From Clostridia bacterium (GTDB taxonomy: Bacteria; Bacillota; Clostridia; Oscillospirales; Acutalibacteraceae): a stretch of 64,000 bases of DNA. Made by a program: the position numbers and the translations under genes. The stretch lies in NCBI GenBank assembly GCA_017543285.1, contig JAFYGK010000012.1:1-64000 (forward strand), written 5' to 3'. Positions 56,199 through 64,000 of the stretch are shown here, piece by piece. The notes below the pieces were generated by a model. The model did no database searches. It saw nothing but the letters and a program-made list of their open reading frames with translations, and was not told the DNA's origin. Position 1 is the first letter of the stretch. Each line of letters opens with the position of its first letter.

Positions 56199-58736
56199 AT
56201 GGATTACGAAAACCAAAAAATAATACCGGTCGACATAGAAAAGGAGCTGAAGGACGCGTACCTTGCCTATTCAATGTCGGTAATTGTCGGACGAGCCCTG
56301 CCGGACGTCAGAGACGGACTCAAACCGGTACACAGAAGAATACTGTACACGCTCCATGAAAGCGGACTGACTCCGGACAAGGAAACCCGCAAATGCGCCG
56401 ACATCGTGGGCAAGGTTCTGGGCTCCTATCATCCGCACGGCGACGCCTCGGTCTACGACGCGCTTGTGCGAATGGCTCAGGATTTTTCGCTGCGCTATCC
56501 GCTGGTCGAGGGTCAGGGAAACTTCGGCTCGGTCGACGGACATCCCGCCGCGGCTTACAGATATACAGAGGCCAAAATGAGCCGCATGTCCGTACACATG
56601 CTGTCTGATATCGACAGGGAAACGGTCGATTTCGCCCCTAACTATGACGACCGTCTTCAGGAGCCGACCGTCCTTCCGTCGCGCTTCCCCAATCTTCTTG
56701 TAAACGGCTCGTCGGGCATTGCGGTCGGCATGGCGACAAATGTCCCTCCGCACAATCTCAGAGAGACTGTCGACGCTCTGGTCTGCCTCATCGACAATCC
56801 GGACGCAACCCTTGAGGAGCTGATGGATCACATCAAGGGCCCGGACTTTCCGACAGGCGGGGTCATAATGGGCCGCTCCGGAATAAGAGCGGCATACGGC
56901 ACGGGACGCGGCAGAATTATTCTGCGCGCCAGAGCCGAGATCGTCGAGGAAAAGAATCACTCCAATATAGTCATCACCGAGATTCCCTATCAGGTCAACA
57001 AGACGAATCTCGTCGTGCAGATAGCCAATCTCATTAAGGATAAAAGAGTAGAGGGTCTCAGCTCGGTGGACGACTACTCCGACAGGGAGGGCATACGCAT
57101 AGTCGTCGAGCTCAAGCGCGACGCAAACGCCCAGGTAGCGCTCAACCACCTCTACAAAAACACCCAGATGCAGATAACCTTCGGCGCGATAATGCTCGCT
57201 CTGTCCCACGGCATTCCCAAGGTTATGACCCTGAAGGAAATGCTGGAGGAATACCTTGCCTTCCAGCTTGAGGTAGTTCGCCGCAGGGCTGAGTTTGACC
57301 TGAAAAAGGCAAAGGAGAGAGCCCACATCATCGAAGCCCTCAAGGTAGTCATCGACTACACCGACGAGGTCATCGCGATAATCAGATCGAGCGAAAACGT
57401 CGCCGTCGCAAAAGAAAGGCTGTCCGAACGCTTCGGCTTTGACGATGTTCAGGCTCAGGCGATAGTTTCCATGAGGCTTGGACAGCTGACCTCGCTCGAG
57501 GGAATAAAGATAGAGACCGAATACGATTCGCTTATAGAAAAGATAGAGGATCTCAGCGATTACGTCGTGAACGAAGGACGCCAGCGCAAAACAGTCAAGA
57601 CCGAGGCCAAAGAGATCGCGGACAAATACGGCGACGACAGAAGAACCTCCATCGAAGCCATTTCGGGAGAAATGGATATTGAGGATCTAATAGAGCAGGA
57701 GGACTGCGTTCTGACGCTTACGCGCTTCGGATATATGAAGCGGCTGCCGGTCGATACCTTCCAGAGCCAGCGCAGGGGAGGCAGAGGAGTTTCCGGCATG
57801 ACACGCCGCGACGAGGACGTCGCGGAGGAAATGTTCATGTGCTCCAGCCATGACCACGTCATGTTCTTCAGCAATCTGGGCAAGGTATACAGGATAAAGT
57901 GCTATCAGATCCCCGAGGGCTCGCGCACCTCAAAGGGGCTTAACGCCGCAAATATACTGCCCATTATGCCGGGCGAAAAAATAACCGCCATGATAAAGGT
58001 CCCCGATATAAACGAGGAGGCTTATCTGTGCATGGTGACCAGAAAGGGCTTTATCAAACGGTGCGATCTGTCGCTGTTCAATTCCAACAGGTCGCGCAGC
58101 GGACTTATTGCCCTTGACCTGATGGAGGGCGACGAGCTTGCATGGGTCAAGATGACGTCGGGAGATGAAAATCTTCTTGTCGCGACCAGACGAGGCAAAG
58201 CCATTTGCTTTAATGAAAACGACGTGCGTCCCATGGGCAGAACGGCGAGAGGCGTGCGCGCCATTAAGATGGATGACGGCGACGAGGTCGTCGGCATGGC
58301 GAGAATGGTGGAGGGCGGAACCGTCCTGACGGTCACAGAAACCGGCTTCGGAAGACGCTCCAACCTGTCTGACTACAGAGTACAGACAAGAGGAGGCAAG
58401 GGCCTTCTCAACTACAGAACGTCGGTCTACGGCGACGTTGCGGCAATCCGCGTCGTAGACGACAGCGACGATATAATTATGATATCTTCAAACGGCATAG
58501 TCATAAGGATTCCCGTCAGCGAGATCGCCACGCACATGCGTCCGGCAAAGGGCGTGCGCGTGATGCGCCTCGTGGACGACCCCGACGGCGAGCCGGTCAG
58601 GCTTGTCTCCCTGACCAAGGTGGCTCACGATGAAAACGAAATCGACGAGCACGAGATAGAAGAGGACGAGGACTCCGGCGACGTCGGCGCAGCCGAGACA
58701 GAGGAAGCCGAAGACAACGACGCCGGGGAAGACTGA
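56199..58736 (+). CDS. gyrA: DNA gyrase subunit A
   Basis: Active-site Tyr region (AAYRYTEAK), the GyrA box (QRRGGRG) in the CTD, and an acidic C-terminal tail. 845 aa. Confidence 0.9.
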   Translation: MDYENQKIIPVDIEKELKDAYLAYSMSVIVGRALPDVRDGLKPVHRRILYTLHESGLTPDKETRKCADIVGKVLGSYHPHGDASVYDALVRMAQDFSLRYPLVEGQGNFGSVDGHPAAAYRYTEAKMSRMSVHMLSDIDRETVDFAPNYDDRLQEPTVLPSRFPNLLVNGSSGIAVGMATNVPPHNLRETVDALVCLIDNPDATLEELMDHIKGPDFPTGGVIMGRSGIRAAYGTGRGRIILRARAEIVEEKNHSNIVITEIPYQVNKTNLVVQIANLIKDKRVEGLSSVDDYSDREGIRIVVELKRDANAQVALNHLYKNTQMQITFGAIMLALSHGIPKVMTLKEMLEEYLAFQLEVVRRRAEFDLKKAKERAHIIEALKVVIDYTDEVIAIIRSSENVAVAKERLSERFGFDDVQAQAIVSMRLGQLTSLEGIKIETEYDSLIEKIEDLSDYVVNEGRQRKTVKTEAKEIADKYGDDRRTSIEAISGEMDIEDLIEQEDCVLTLTRFGYMKRLPVDTFQSQRRGGRGVSGMTRRDEDVAEEMFMCSSHDHVMFFSNLGKVYRIKCYQIPEGSRTSKGLNAANILPIMPGEKITAMIKVPDINEEAYLCMVTRKGFIKRCDLSLFNSNRSRSGLIALDLMEGDELAWVKMTSGDENLLVATRRGKAICFNENDVRPMGRTARGVRAIKMDDGDEVVGMARMVEGGTVLTVTETGFGRRSNLSDYRVQTRGGKGLLNYRTSVYGDVAAIRVVDDSDDIIMISSNGIVIRIPVSEIATHMRPAKGVRVMRLVDDPDGEPVRLVSLTKVAHDENEIDEHEIEEDEDSGDVGAAETEEAEDNDAGED

Positions 58737-58762
58737 TCCGGTTACAATGCATCATCAAAAAA

Positions 58763-58790
58763 AGCCCGCTGAAAAATCAGCGGGCTGAAT
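58763..58790 (+). terminator. Rho-independent terminator after gyrA
   Basis: aaaaaagcccgctga-aaaa-tcagcgggct. Confidence 0.55.
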
Positions 58791-58842
58791 TATTTAAGGA
58801 GAGACAAACCATTTCGCCTGTGGTGTCGGGCGACAGGCAAAG

Positions 58843-59286
58843 CTATCTCGACCTTTTGCTTAAATAGTTGCTGGCGTTTGCGCGCAGACGGTCTGCGGTG
58901 GCTATAAATCCCTCTATCTCCTTTTCAGGCACAGATTCGGTTATTATGCTATAGTATTGCCTGACCGTTTCGATGAGAGCGTCTGCGACCTTACGTCCGG
59001 CGTCGGTTATTCTAAGATGAATGCATCTCCTGTCATTCTCGTCGCGCTCACCGACAAGATATTCCCTGGCGATAAGCGAGCCGACAGCCTTGCAGACGAG
59101 CGATTTGGAGATCATGCGGTATTTGACGATGTCGCTTGCGGTGTCAATGCGATTACTGCTGAGGAAGAGCAGAACATCTCTTTCATAGAGGGATATGTCG
59201 TATTCTTTCATCACATCCCGGCTCAATCTGTCAAGAAGCACCGACGAGTGGTAACTCAGCTGTAATATTGAACTGAGAAATGGCAT
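58843..59286 (-). CDS. MarR-family transcriptional regulator
   Basis: A MarR winged helix (LYERDVLLFLSSNRIDTASDIVKYRMISKSLVCKAVGSLIAREYLVGERDENDRRCIHLRITDAG). Confidence 0.8.
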   Translation of the reverse strand: MPFLSSILQLSYHSSVLLDRLSRDVMKEYDISLYERDVLLFLSSNRIDTASDIVKYRMISKSLVCKAVGSLIAREYLVGERDENDRRCIHLRITDAGRKVADALIETVRQYYSIITESVPEKEIEGFIATADRLRANASNYLSKRSR

Positions 59287-59405
59287 TTCAACACTTCCTT
59301 CAAATTTAAATAGTTAATTATTTAAACTATTATATCAAAGCAGTGTCGATGAGTCAAGCTAAATGATGAAAACCAATTCAAAATAATGAAAAATCATACA
59401 TTCTG

Positions 59406-60008
59406 CTATTGTTTGTGTGAAAGCTTTTCATTGAGCGCGGCGATTATTATTCTGGCGGCGGCCTCTATGCCGATTTCACTGTTAAGACACAGATCATAGC
59501 TGTGCGGATCGCCCCAGTCATTGTCCGAATAAAGGCTGTGATAAACATTACGCGCCTTGTCTTTTTTCAAAACCTGAGATTTTATATTGCCGCCGGTAAG
59601 GCCGTAAAGCTCCTTGGCGCGCTTTATCCGGGAAAGAAGAGGAGCATAGATGAACACGCTGAGCAGATTTTCATAATCATGCAGGATATAATCGGCGCAT
59701 CTTCCGACAAAAACGCACGGACCCTTTTCGGCAAGATTGCGGATCGTGCGGGCCTGCGTAAGAAAGACGCTGTCCTGAAGCGGAGCCACAGAGGCCAGAC
59801 TCATACCGAAAAGAAGGCTGCTGCGCGCGTTTGTTTCCGCGTTGTCGATAAACTGCTCGCTCAGTCCGCTTTGCTGTGAAACAAGCTCGGTCACCGTTTT
59901 GTCGTAATATTCTATTCCGAGCTTTTCTGCTACCTCCTTGCCTATCAGCCTGCCTCCGGAAGCATATTCGCGGCTTATTGTGATAACATAATTATTCATG
60001 GAATTCAC
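59406..60008 (-). CDS. Cytidylate kinase-like family protein
   Basis: VITISREYASGGRLIGKEVAEKLGIEYYDK, a CMP-kinase-like P-loop family (PF13189-like). Confidence 0.65.
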   Translation of the reverse strand: MNSMNNYVITISREYASGGRLIGKEVAEKLGIEYYDKTVTELVSQQSGLSEQFIDNAETNARSSLLFGMSLASVAPLQDSVFLTQARTIRNLAEKGPCVFVGRCADYILHDYENLLSVFIYAPLLSRIKRAKELYGLTGGNIKSQVLKKDKARNVYHSLYSDNDWGDPHSYDLCLNSEIGIEAAARIIIAALNEKLSHKQ

Positions 60009-60245
60009 CTTGCCTTTCTGTTTGCTTCAAAAACCGGTTTTTGCATAGCTCCCGTATTCCTATAATTATTATATATTCTTTTATCGAAAAAGTAAATAAT
60101 TATTTCTGAGGCAATGCAGAGTTTTTGGTAATAACACATAACATACAACGGGATTTACTGTAAAAACGGCCCGAATCCGAACAGACCGGGGACAGTATTA
60201 ACGCTTCACGGATAATAGAATCCGCAATGAGGAAAATAATTTTAG

Positions 60246-60274
60246 TTGCCAATCCTCGTCTTTTATGGTATACT
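60246..60274 (+). promoter_or_regulatory. Sigma-A promoter (TTGCCA-N17-TGgTATACT)
   Basis: Hexamers seen directly, about 145 nt upstream of the flippase-like gene. Confidence 0.4.
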
Positions 60275-60417
60275 GTAAAATCATAATGAAAAAGTGTGTG
60301 CTTTTTCCGCATCTGTTCGGAAAAGATTGAAATGCAAACCGCGCCTTATCAATTCTATCAGCAAAAGAGGTATGATTACAGGCTGTTGCGCGGCAGCTAT
60401 GACAGGAGAGAAGCATT

Positions 60418-61533
60418 TTGGCAGGCAAGTTTGAAGAAGAGAGAGTGGAGCTGGGTCTGGAAACCCCGAGACGCTCGAAGAAGTCGAAGAAAAGAAAGCT
60501 GCTCGGTACCCTGCTTTTTGCTGTTGTCAATGTAGGAATAATAGCAGCTACGGCCATCCTTGAGTTTTCCAAGGACGCTTCCAAGGCGGAGCGAATCCCG
60601 TTTCTGGGGTTAAATTTCCGCTTTATCTTCGCAGCAATAGGCTGCCTTGTGGTTATTCTCGGGGCGGAGACCACAAAATATATGCTGATGATGAAAAAGA
60701 CGATCGGGAAGGCCGACCTTAAAACCGCCTTCCAGGTGGTTGTAATCGGAAAGTATTATGACAATATTACCCCGCTCGGTGCAGGCGGACAGCCGTTCCA
60801 GATCTATTATCTCAACAAGCAGGGCCTGCCGAAGGGCGCTTCCGCCTCGATGCCCATAGCGGGATTTATGAGCATGCAGGTTGGCTTTGCGCTGCTCGCG
60901 CTGTTTATTATGATATTCTTCAAGCCTGAGGCCGTTCCCGTGGAAATGCGCATTCTCGCCTATATCGGCGTGGGTTTTTATCTTTTCCTGCCCGCGGCAA
61001 TATTGCTTTTTACCATCGCGCCAAAGACCTCCGGAAGGATCATGTCCTTTTTGATCAGGCTGCTTGGACGCATAAAGATAATAAAGGATCCCGCAAAGAC
61101 CATCGAAAGCACCCTCGATTCCATTGAAGAATACAGAAGCACCATAATTTCCATGTCGTCAAAGCGCGGGCTGCTGATATCGCTGCTGCTTTTATCGCTG
61201 GTATATCAGGTGTCCATGTGTTCGCTGCCCTTTTTTGTACTAAGAGCATTCGGAGGCGCGGCAACATGGATCGAGTCTCTGTCCATCTGTGTCTTCATAT
61301 ACGCGGCCATCACGCTGATCCCGACTCCGGGAAATGCCGGCGCGGCTGAGGGCTCGTTCTACGCGCTCTTTTCCACACTGACCAGCAGCTATCTGTTCTG
61401 GGCAATGCTTGTGTGGAGGTTCTTCTGCTATTATATCTTCCTTATCCTCGGTCTCGGCGTTTTCGCCTTCAACGGAATAAAGGCCAGACGGCACAAGGAA
61501 ATAAACAGCGCCGCTGAAAAACCGGCGTCCTGA
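60418..61533 (+). CDS. Lysylphosphatidylglycerol synthase TM region / flippase-like (UPF0104, YbhN-like) membrane protein
   Basis: 8 predicted TM helices with the UPF0104 conserved blocks (GKYYDNITPLGAGGQPFQIYYL). TTG start 7 nt after RBS aggaga. Confidence 0.7.
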   Translation: MAGKFEEERVELGLETPRRSKKSKKRKLLGTLLFAVVNVGIIAATAILEFSKDASKAERIPFLGLNFRFIFAAIGCLVVILGAETTKYMLMMKKTIGKADLKTAFQVVVIGKYYDNITPLGAGGQPFQIYYLNKQGLPKGASASMPIAGFMSMQVGFALLALFIMIFFKPEAVPVEMRILAYIGVGFYLFLPAAILLFTIAPKTSGRIMSFLIRLLGRIKIIKDPAKTIESTLDSIEEYRSTIISMSSKRGLLISLLLLSLVYQVSMCSLPFFVLRAFGGAATWIESLSICVFIYAAITLIPTPGNAGAAEGSFYALFSTLTSSYLFWAMLVWRFFCYYIFLILGLGVFAFNGIKARRHKEINSAAEKPAS

Positions 61534-61669
61534 TTTCCCCGACAATAAACATTATTCACAGCGCTTTTGATCTCGCACGTCAAAGGCGCTTTTGTTATCC
61601 GCCCTCAGATCATATCCCTGCCGACGCCGGCATATCCTTTATTGAAGCCTGATTCGGGAGGGTGAAAAA

Positions 61670-61963
61670 TTGGAGAGGTGCGAGATACTTGGGCTTTACA
61701 TTGCCGAAAACAACGCAACCGTGAGAAGCTGCGCCAAAAGATACGGAGTGAGCAAATCCACCGTTCACAAGGACGTCACCCGGAGGCTGACAGCGTGCAA
61801 TCCGTCGCTTGCCGCGTGCGTCAAAAGCGTTCTGGAAAAGAACAAAGCCGAGCGTCACATAAGAGGCGGGATGGCAACGAGAGAAAAATACCTTCTTGAC
61901 AGACAGCTGAAAAGTGTGAATAACAATAATAATTGTTGTTCCGGGCAAACCGAAAACAGGTAA
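61670..61963 (+). CDS. spoIIID: Stage III sporulation transcriptional regulator SpoIIID
   Basis: Matches the SpoIIID HTH (RYGVSKSTVHKDVTRRL) and the C-terminal basic helix (IRGGMATREKYL). Confidence 0.85.
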   Translation: MERCEILGLYIAENNATVRSCAKRYGVSKSTVHKDVTRRLTACNPSLAACVKSVLEKNKAERHIRGGMATREKYLLDRQLKSVNNNNNCCSGQTENR

Positions 61964-62213
61964 AACGGACGATGACAAACCGATCATCTCGCCTTGGCAA
62001 GTTTAACGGAGAACGATCCGGACGCAAAAACAGATGCGTTAAATCCGCGGGAAAACATGCCTCATAGTATGATAAGATTTTTTTCGCGCCTTCTGACAGG
62101 CCGGCATACAAACCGTGCGCCATCGCGGGCTTTATGGAGGCGTTACGCTCCTCCCGCACGGGATCATCAAAAAAGGAAATAATAACCGTGCAAAGCAATA
62201 TTGTTTTACGGCA

Positions 62214-62244
62214 GCGGACCCGGAGAAATCAGGGTCCGCTTTTT
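62214..62244 (+). terminator. Rho-independent terminator ~250 nt downstream of spoIIID
   Basis: gcggaccc-ggagaaatca-gggtccgc-TTTTT. Confidence 0.5.
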
Positions 62245-62462
62245 AATACGGCAAAACACCCTGAAGCCTCAGGCTGCTTTTTCGCGCCTGAGTCAAAGGG
62301 CGTGCAAAGAACGCAGGAATCCGGCGTGAAATATTTCCGACTTCCGGAAAAACAAAACCGCACTTGTTTTTTTATCAAAGTATGTTATAATATTATATTA
62401 AACACTCAGATATTATTTAACGGCTGCGAGAACGCAGCGATCATGATGCAAGGAGGATTAAT

Positions 62463-63965
62463 ATGGCTTATTACTACAAGGAACCCTCGCATACCTTCAG
62501 CGAGTATCTGCTCATTCCGGGTTATTCCGACGCCCGATGCATGCCTGCCAACGTCACGCTGAAAACTCCGCTGACGAAGTATAAAAGGGGCGAGGAACCG
62601 GAAATCACCATGAATATACCGCTGGTTTCGGCTATAATGCAGTCGGTCTCCAATGATACCATGGCGATTGCTCTTGCCAAGGAAGGCGGCGTTTCCTTTA
62701 TATACGGCTCGCAGCCCATTGAGGATCAGGCGAAAATGATAAAGCGCGTCAAGGAGTATAAAGCCGGATTTGTTACCTCCGATTCAAATATCAGGCCTGA
62801 CCAGACCCTTGCCGACGTACTCGCGCTCAAGGAGGAATACGGACATTCCACCATAGCTGTCACCGAAGACGGAACGGCAAACGGCAGGCTGCTCGGCATT
62901 GTCACCGGCAGGGATTACCGCATAAGCCGTATGTCGCTGAGCGAAAAGGTCTCCGGATTCATGACCCCGTTTGACAAGCTGATAACTGCCATTGAGGGCA
63001 CGTCGCTAAGAGAGGCAAACAATATTATATGGGATCACAAGCTCAATTCGCTTCCCATTATAGATAAAAATCAGCACCTTGTCGCCTTTGTTTTCCGTAA
63101 GGACTATGAGCAGCACAAGGAAAACCCGCTCGAGCTGCTTGACAGCCACAAGAGATTTGTTGTCGGCGCAGGTATCAACACGAGAGATTACGAGCTGAGA
63201 GTTCCTGCTCTTGTCGAAGCGGGAGCCGACGTTCTCTGCATAGATTCCAGTGAAGGCTTTACCGAATGGCAAAGCCGCACGATCAAGTTCATCCGCGCCA
63301 AATACGGCGATTCGGTAAAGGTGGGCGCGGGCAACGTCGTCGACAGAGACGGCTTCCGGTTCCTCGCCGACGCGGGGGCGGATTTCGTAAAGGTCGGTAT
63401 CGGCGGCGGATCCATCTGCATAACCCGCGAAACAAAGGGCATCGGACGCGGCCAGGCAACGGCCGTTATCGAGGTTGCCAAAGCGCGCGACGAGTATTTC
63501 GATGAAACCGGCGTTTATGTACCCATCTGCTCCGACGGCGGCATCGTTCACGATTATCACCTTACGCTTGCGCTGGCAATGGGCTGCGATTTCTGCATGC
63601 TCGGCCGCTATTTCGCGCGCTTCGACGAAAGTCCGACCAACAAGATAATGGTCAACGGCAACTACATGAAGGAATACTGGGGCGAGGGCAGCGCGAGAGC
63701 GAGAAACTGGCAGCGTTACGACATGGGAGGCGCGGAAAAGCTCTCCTTCGTGGAAGGCGTTGACTGTTATGTTCCCTACGCCGGCTCGCTGCACGACAAT
63801 CTTGCAACCACATTGAGCAAGATAAAATCCACCATGTGCAACTGCGGCGCGCTCAGCATTAACGAGCTTCAGGAAAAGGCCAAGCTGACGCTGGTCAGCA
63901 GCGTTTCCATCATTGAGGGCGGCGCGCATGACGTCGTCGTAAAGGACACCGTGAATCATCAGTAG
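62463..63965 (+). CDS. guaB: IMP dehydrogenase family protein (TIM barrel with CBS pair)
   Basis: 500 aa with an inserted CBS pair and the catalytic Cys loop [15 protein letters not shown] aaggagg 7 nt upstream. Confidence 0.75.
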   Translation: MAYYYKEPSHTFSEYLLIPGYSDARCMPANVTLKTPLTKYKRGEEPEITMNIPLVSAIMQSVSNDTMAIALAKEGGVSFIYGSQPIEDQAKMIKRVKEYKAGFVTSDSNIRPDQTLADVLALKEEYGHSTIAVTEDGTANGRLLGIVTGRDYRISRMSLSEKVSGFMTPFDKLITAIEGTSLREANNIIWDHKLNSLPIIDKNQHLVAFVFRKDYEQHKENPLELLDSHKRFVVGAGINTRDYELRVPALVEAGADVLCIDSSEGFTEWQSRTIKFIRAKYGDSVKVGAGNVVDRDGFRFLADAGADFVKVGIGGGSICITRETKGIGRGQATAVIEVAKARDEYFDETGVYVPICSDGGIVHDYHLTLALAMGCDFCMLGRYFARFDESPTNKIMVNGNYMKEYWGEGSARARNWQRYDMGGAEKLSFVEGVDCYVPYAGSLHDNLATTLSKIKSTMCNCGALSINELQEKAKLTLVSSVSIIEGGAHDVVVKDTVNHQ

Positions 63966-63973
63966 GCAAACAT

Positions 63974-64000
63974 AAGCCACCGCTTCGGCGGTGGCTTTTT
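63974..64000 (+). terminator. Rho-independent terminator after guaB
   Basis: aagccaccgc-ttcg-gcggtggctt-TTT at the window end. Confidence 0.7.

Noticed and set aside
56271-57326. 351 aa minus-strand ORF antisense to gyrA
   Set aside because: It is a shadow ORF with no homology features.
63006-63980. 324 aa minus-strand ORF antisense to guaB
   Set aside because: It is a shadow ORF, and it reads through the guaB terminator.
1-64000. Mobile elements, prophage or integrative islands
   Set aside because: No transposase, integrase, recombinase or phage structural gene signatures were seen, and no flanking tRNA or direct repeats.

Overview
This 64 kb window is a chromosomal segment from a GC-rich Gram-positive anaerobe. 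By eye it looks like a spore-forming Clostridia of the Oscillospiraceae/Ruminococcaceae type. Supporting clues are spoIIID, a Ger(x)C germination lipoprotein, an archaeal-type ProRS, NrdR, a dockerin-bearing protein, a Cthe_2159-like beta-helix protein, and many consensus TTGACA-N17-TATAAT promoters with hairpin-plus-T-run terminators.

Most of the window is housekeeping: bcp, a GH3 NagZ-like hexosaminidase, a flavodiiron-flavin reductase-rubredoxin fusion, nrdR, an ABC-F ATPase, pfk, oadB/oadG, proS, a thiamine pyrophosphokinase, ybaK, cimA-leuC, a phospho-sugar mutase, a Na/Pi cotransporter, zapA, a U32 peptidase, dut, maf, a MinD-like ATPase, mgsA, gyrA, spoIIID and guaB.

I found no rRNA, tRNA, CRISPR array, transposase or integrase.

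The accessory content worth a second look is:
- A tightly packed minus-strand operon (7.7–12.9 kb) of uncharacterised proteins that nearly all carry zinc ribbons: an SPFH protein with three zinc ribbons, a DUF4428 protein with a prion-like Q/G/F/N repeat domain and a zinc ribbon, a double-zinc-ribbon membrane protein, and a secreted acidic membrane protein. This is the best candidate for an undescribed system.
- A barnase/barstar-like secreted RNase–inhibitor pair with a third, translationally coupled membrane protein.
- A PASTA-domain pseudokinase with an N-terminal zinc ribbon.
- A membrane-tethered MerR regulator with a C-terminal zinc ribbon.
- A VTC/DUF4956 pair beside a two-component system.
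- A MinD-like ATPase sitting alone between maf and mgsA, where mreBCD-minCDE-rodA usually lies.
- Two ORF-free regions carrying promoter and terminator signals, which are candidate sRNAs or leaders.

All calls come from reading the sequence and from remembered family signatures. No database searches were run.
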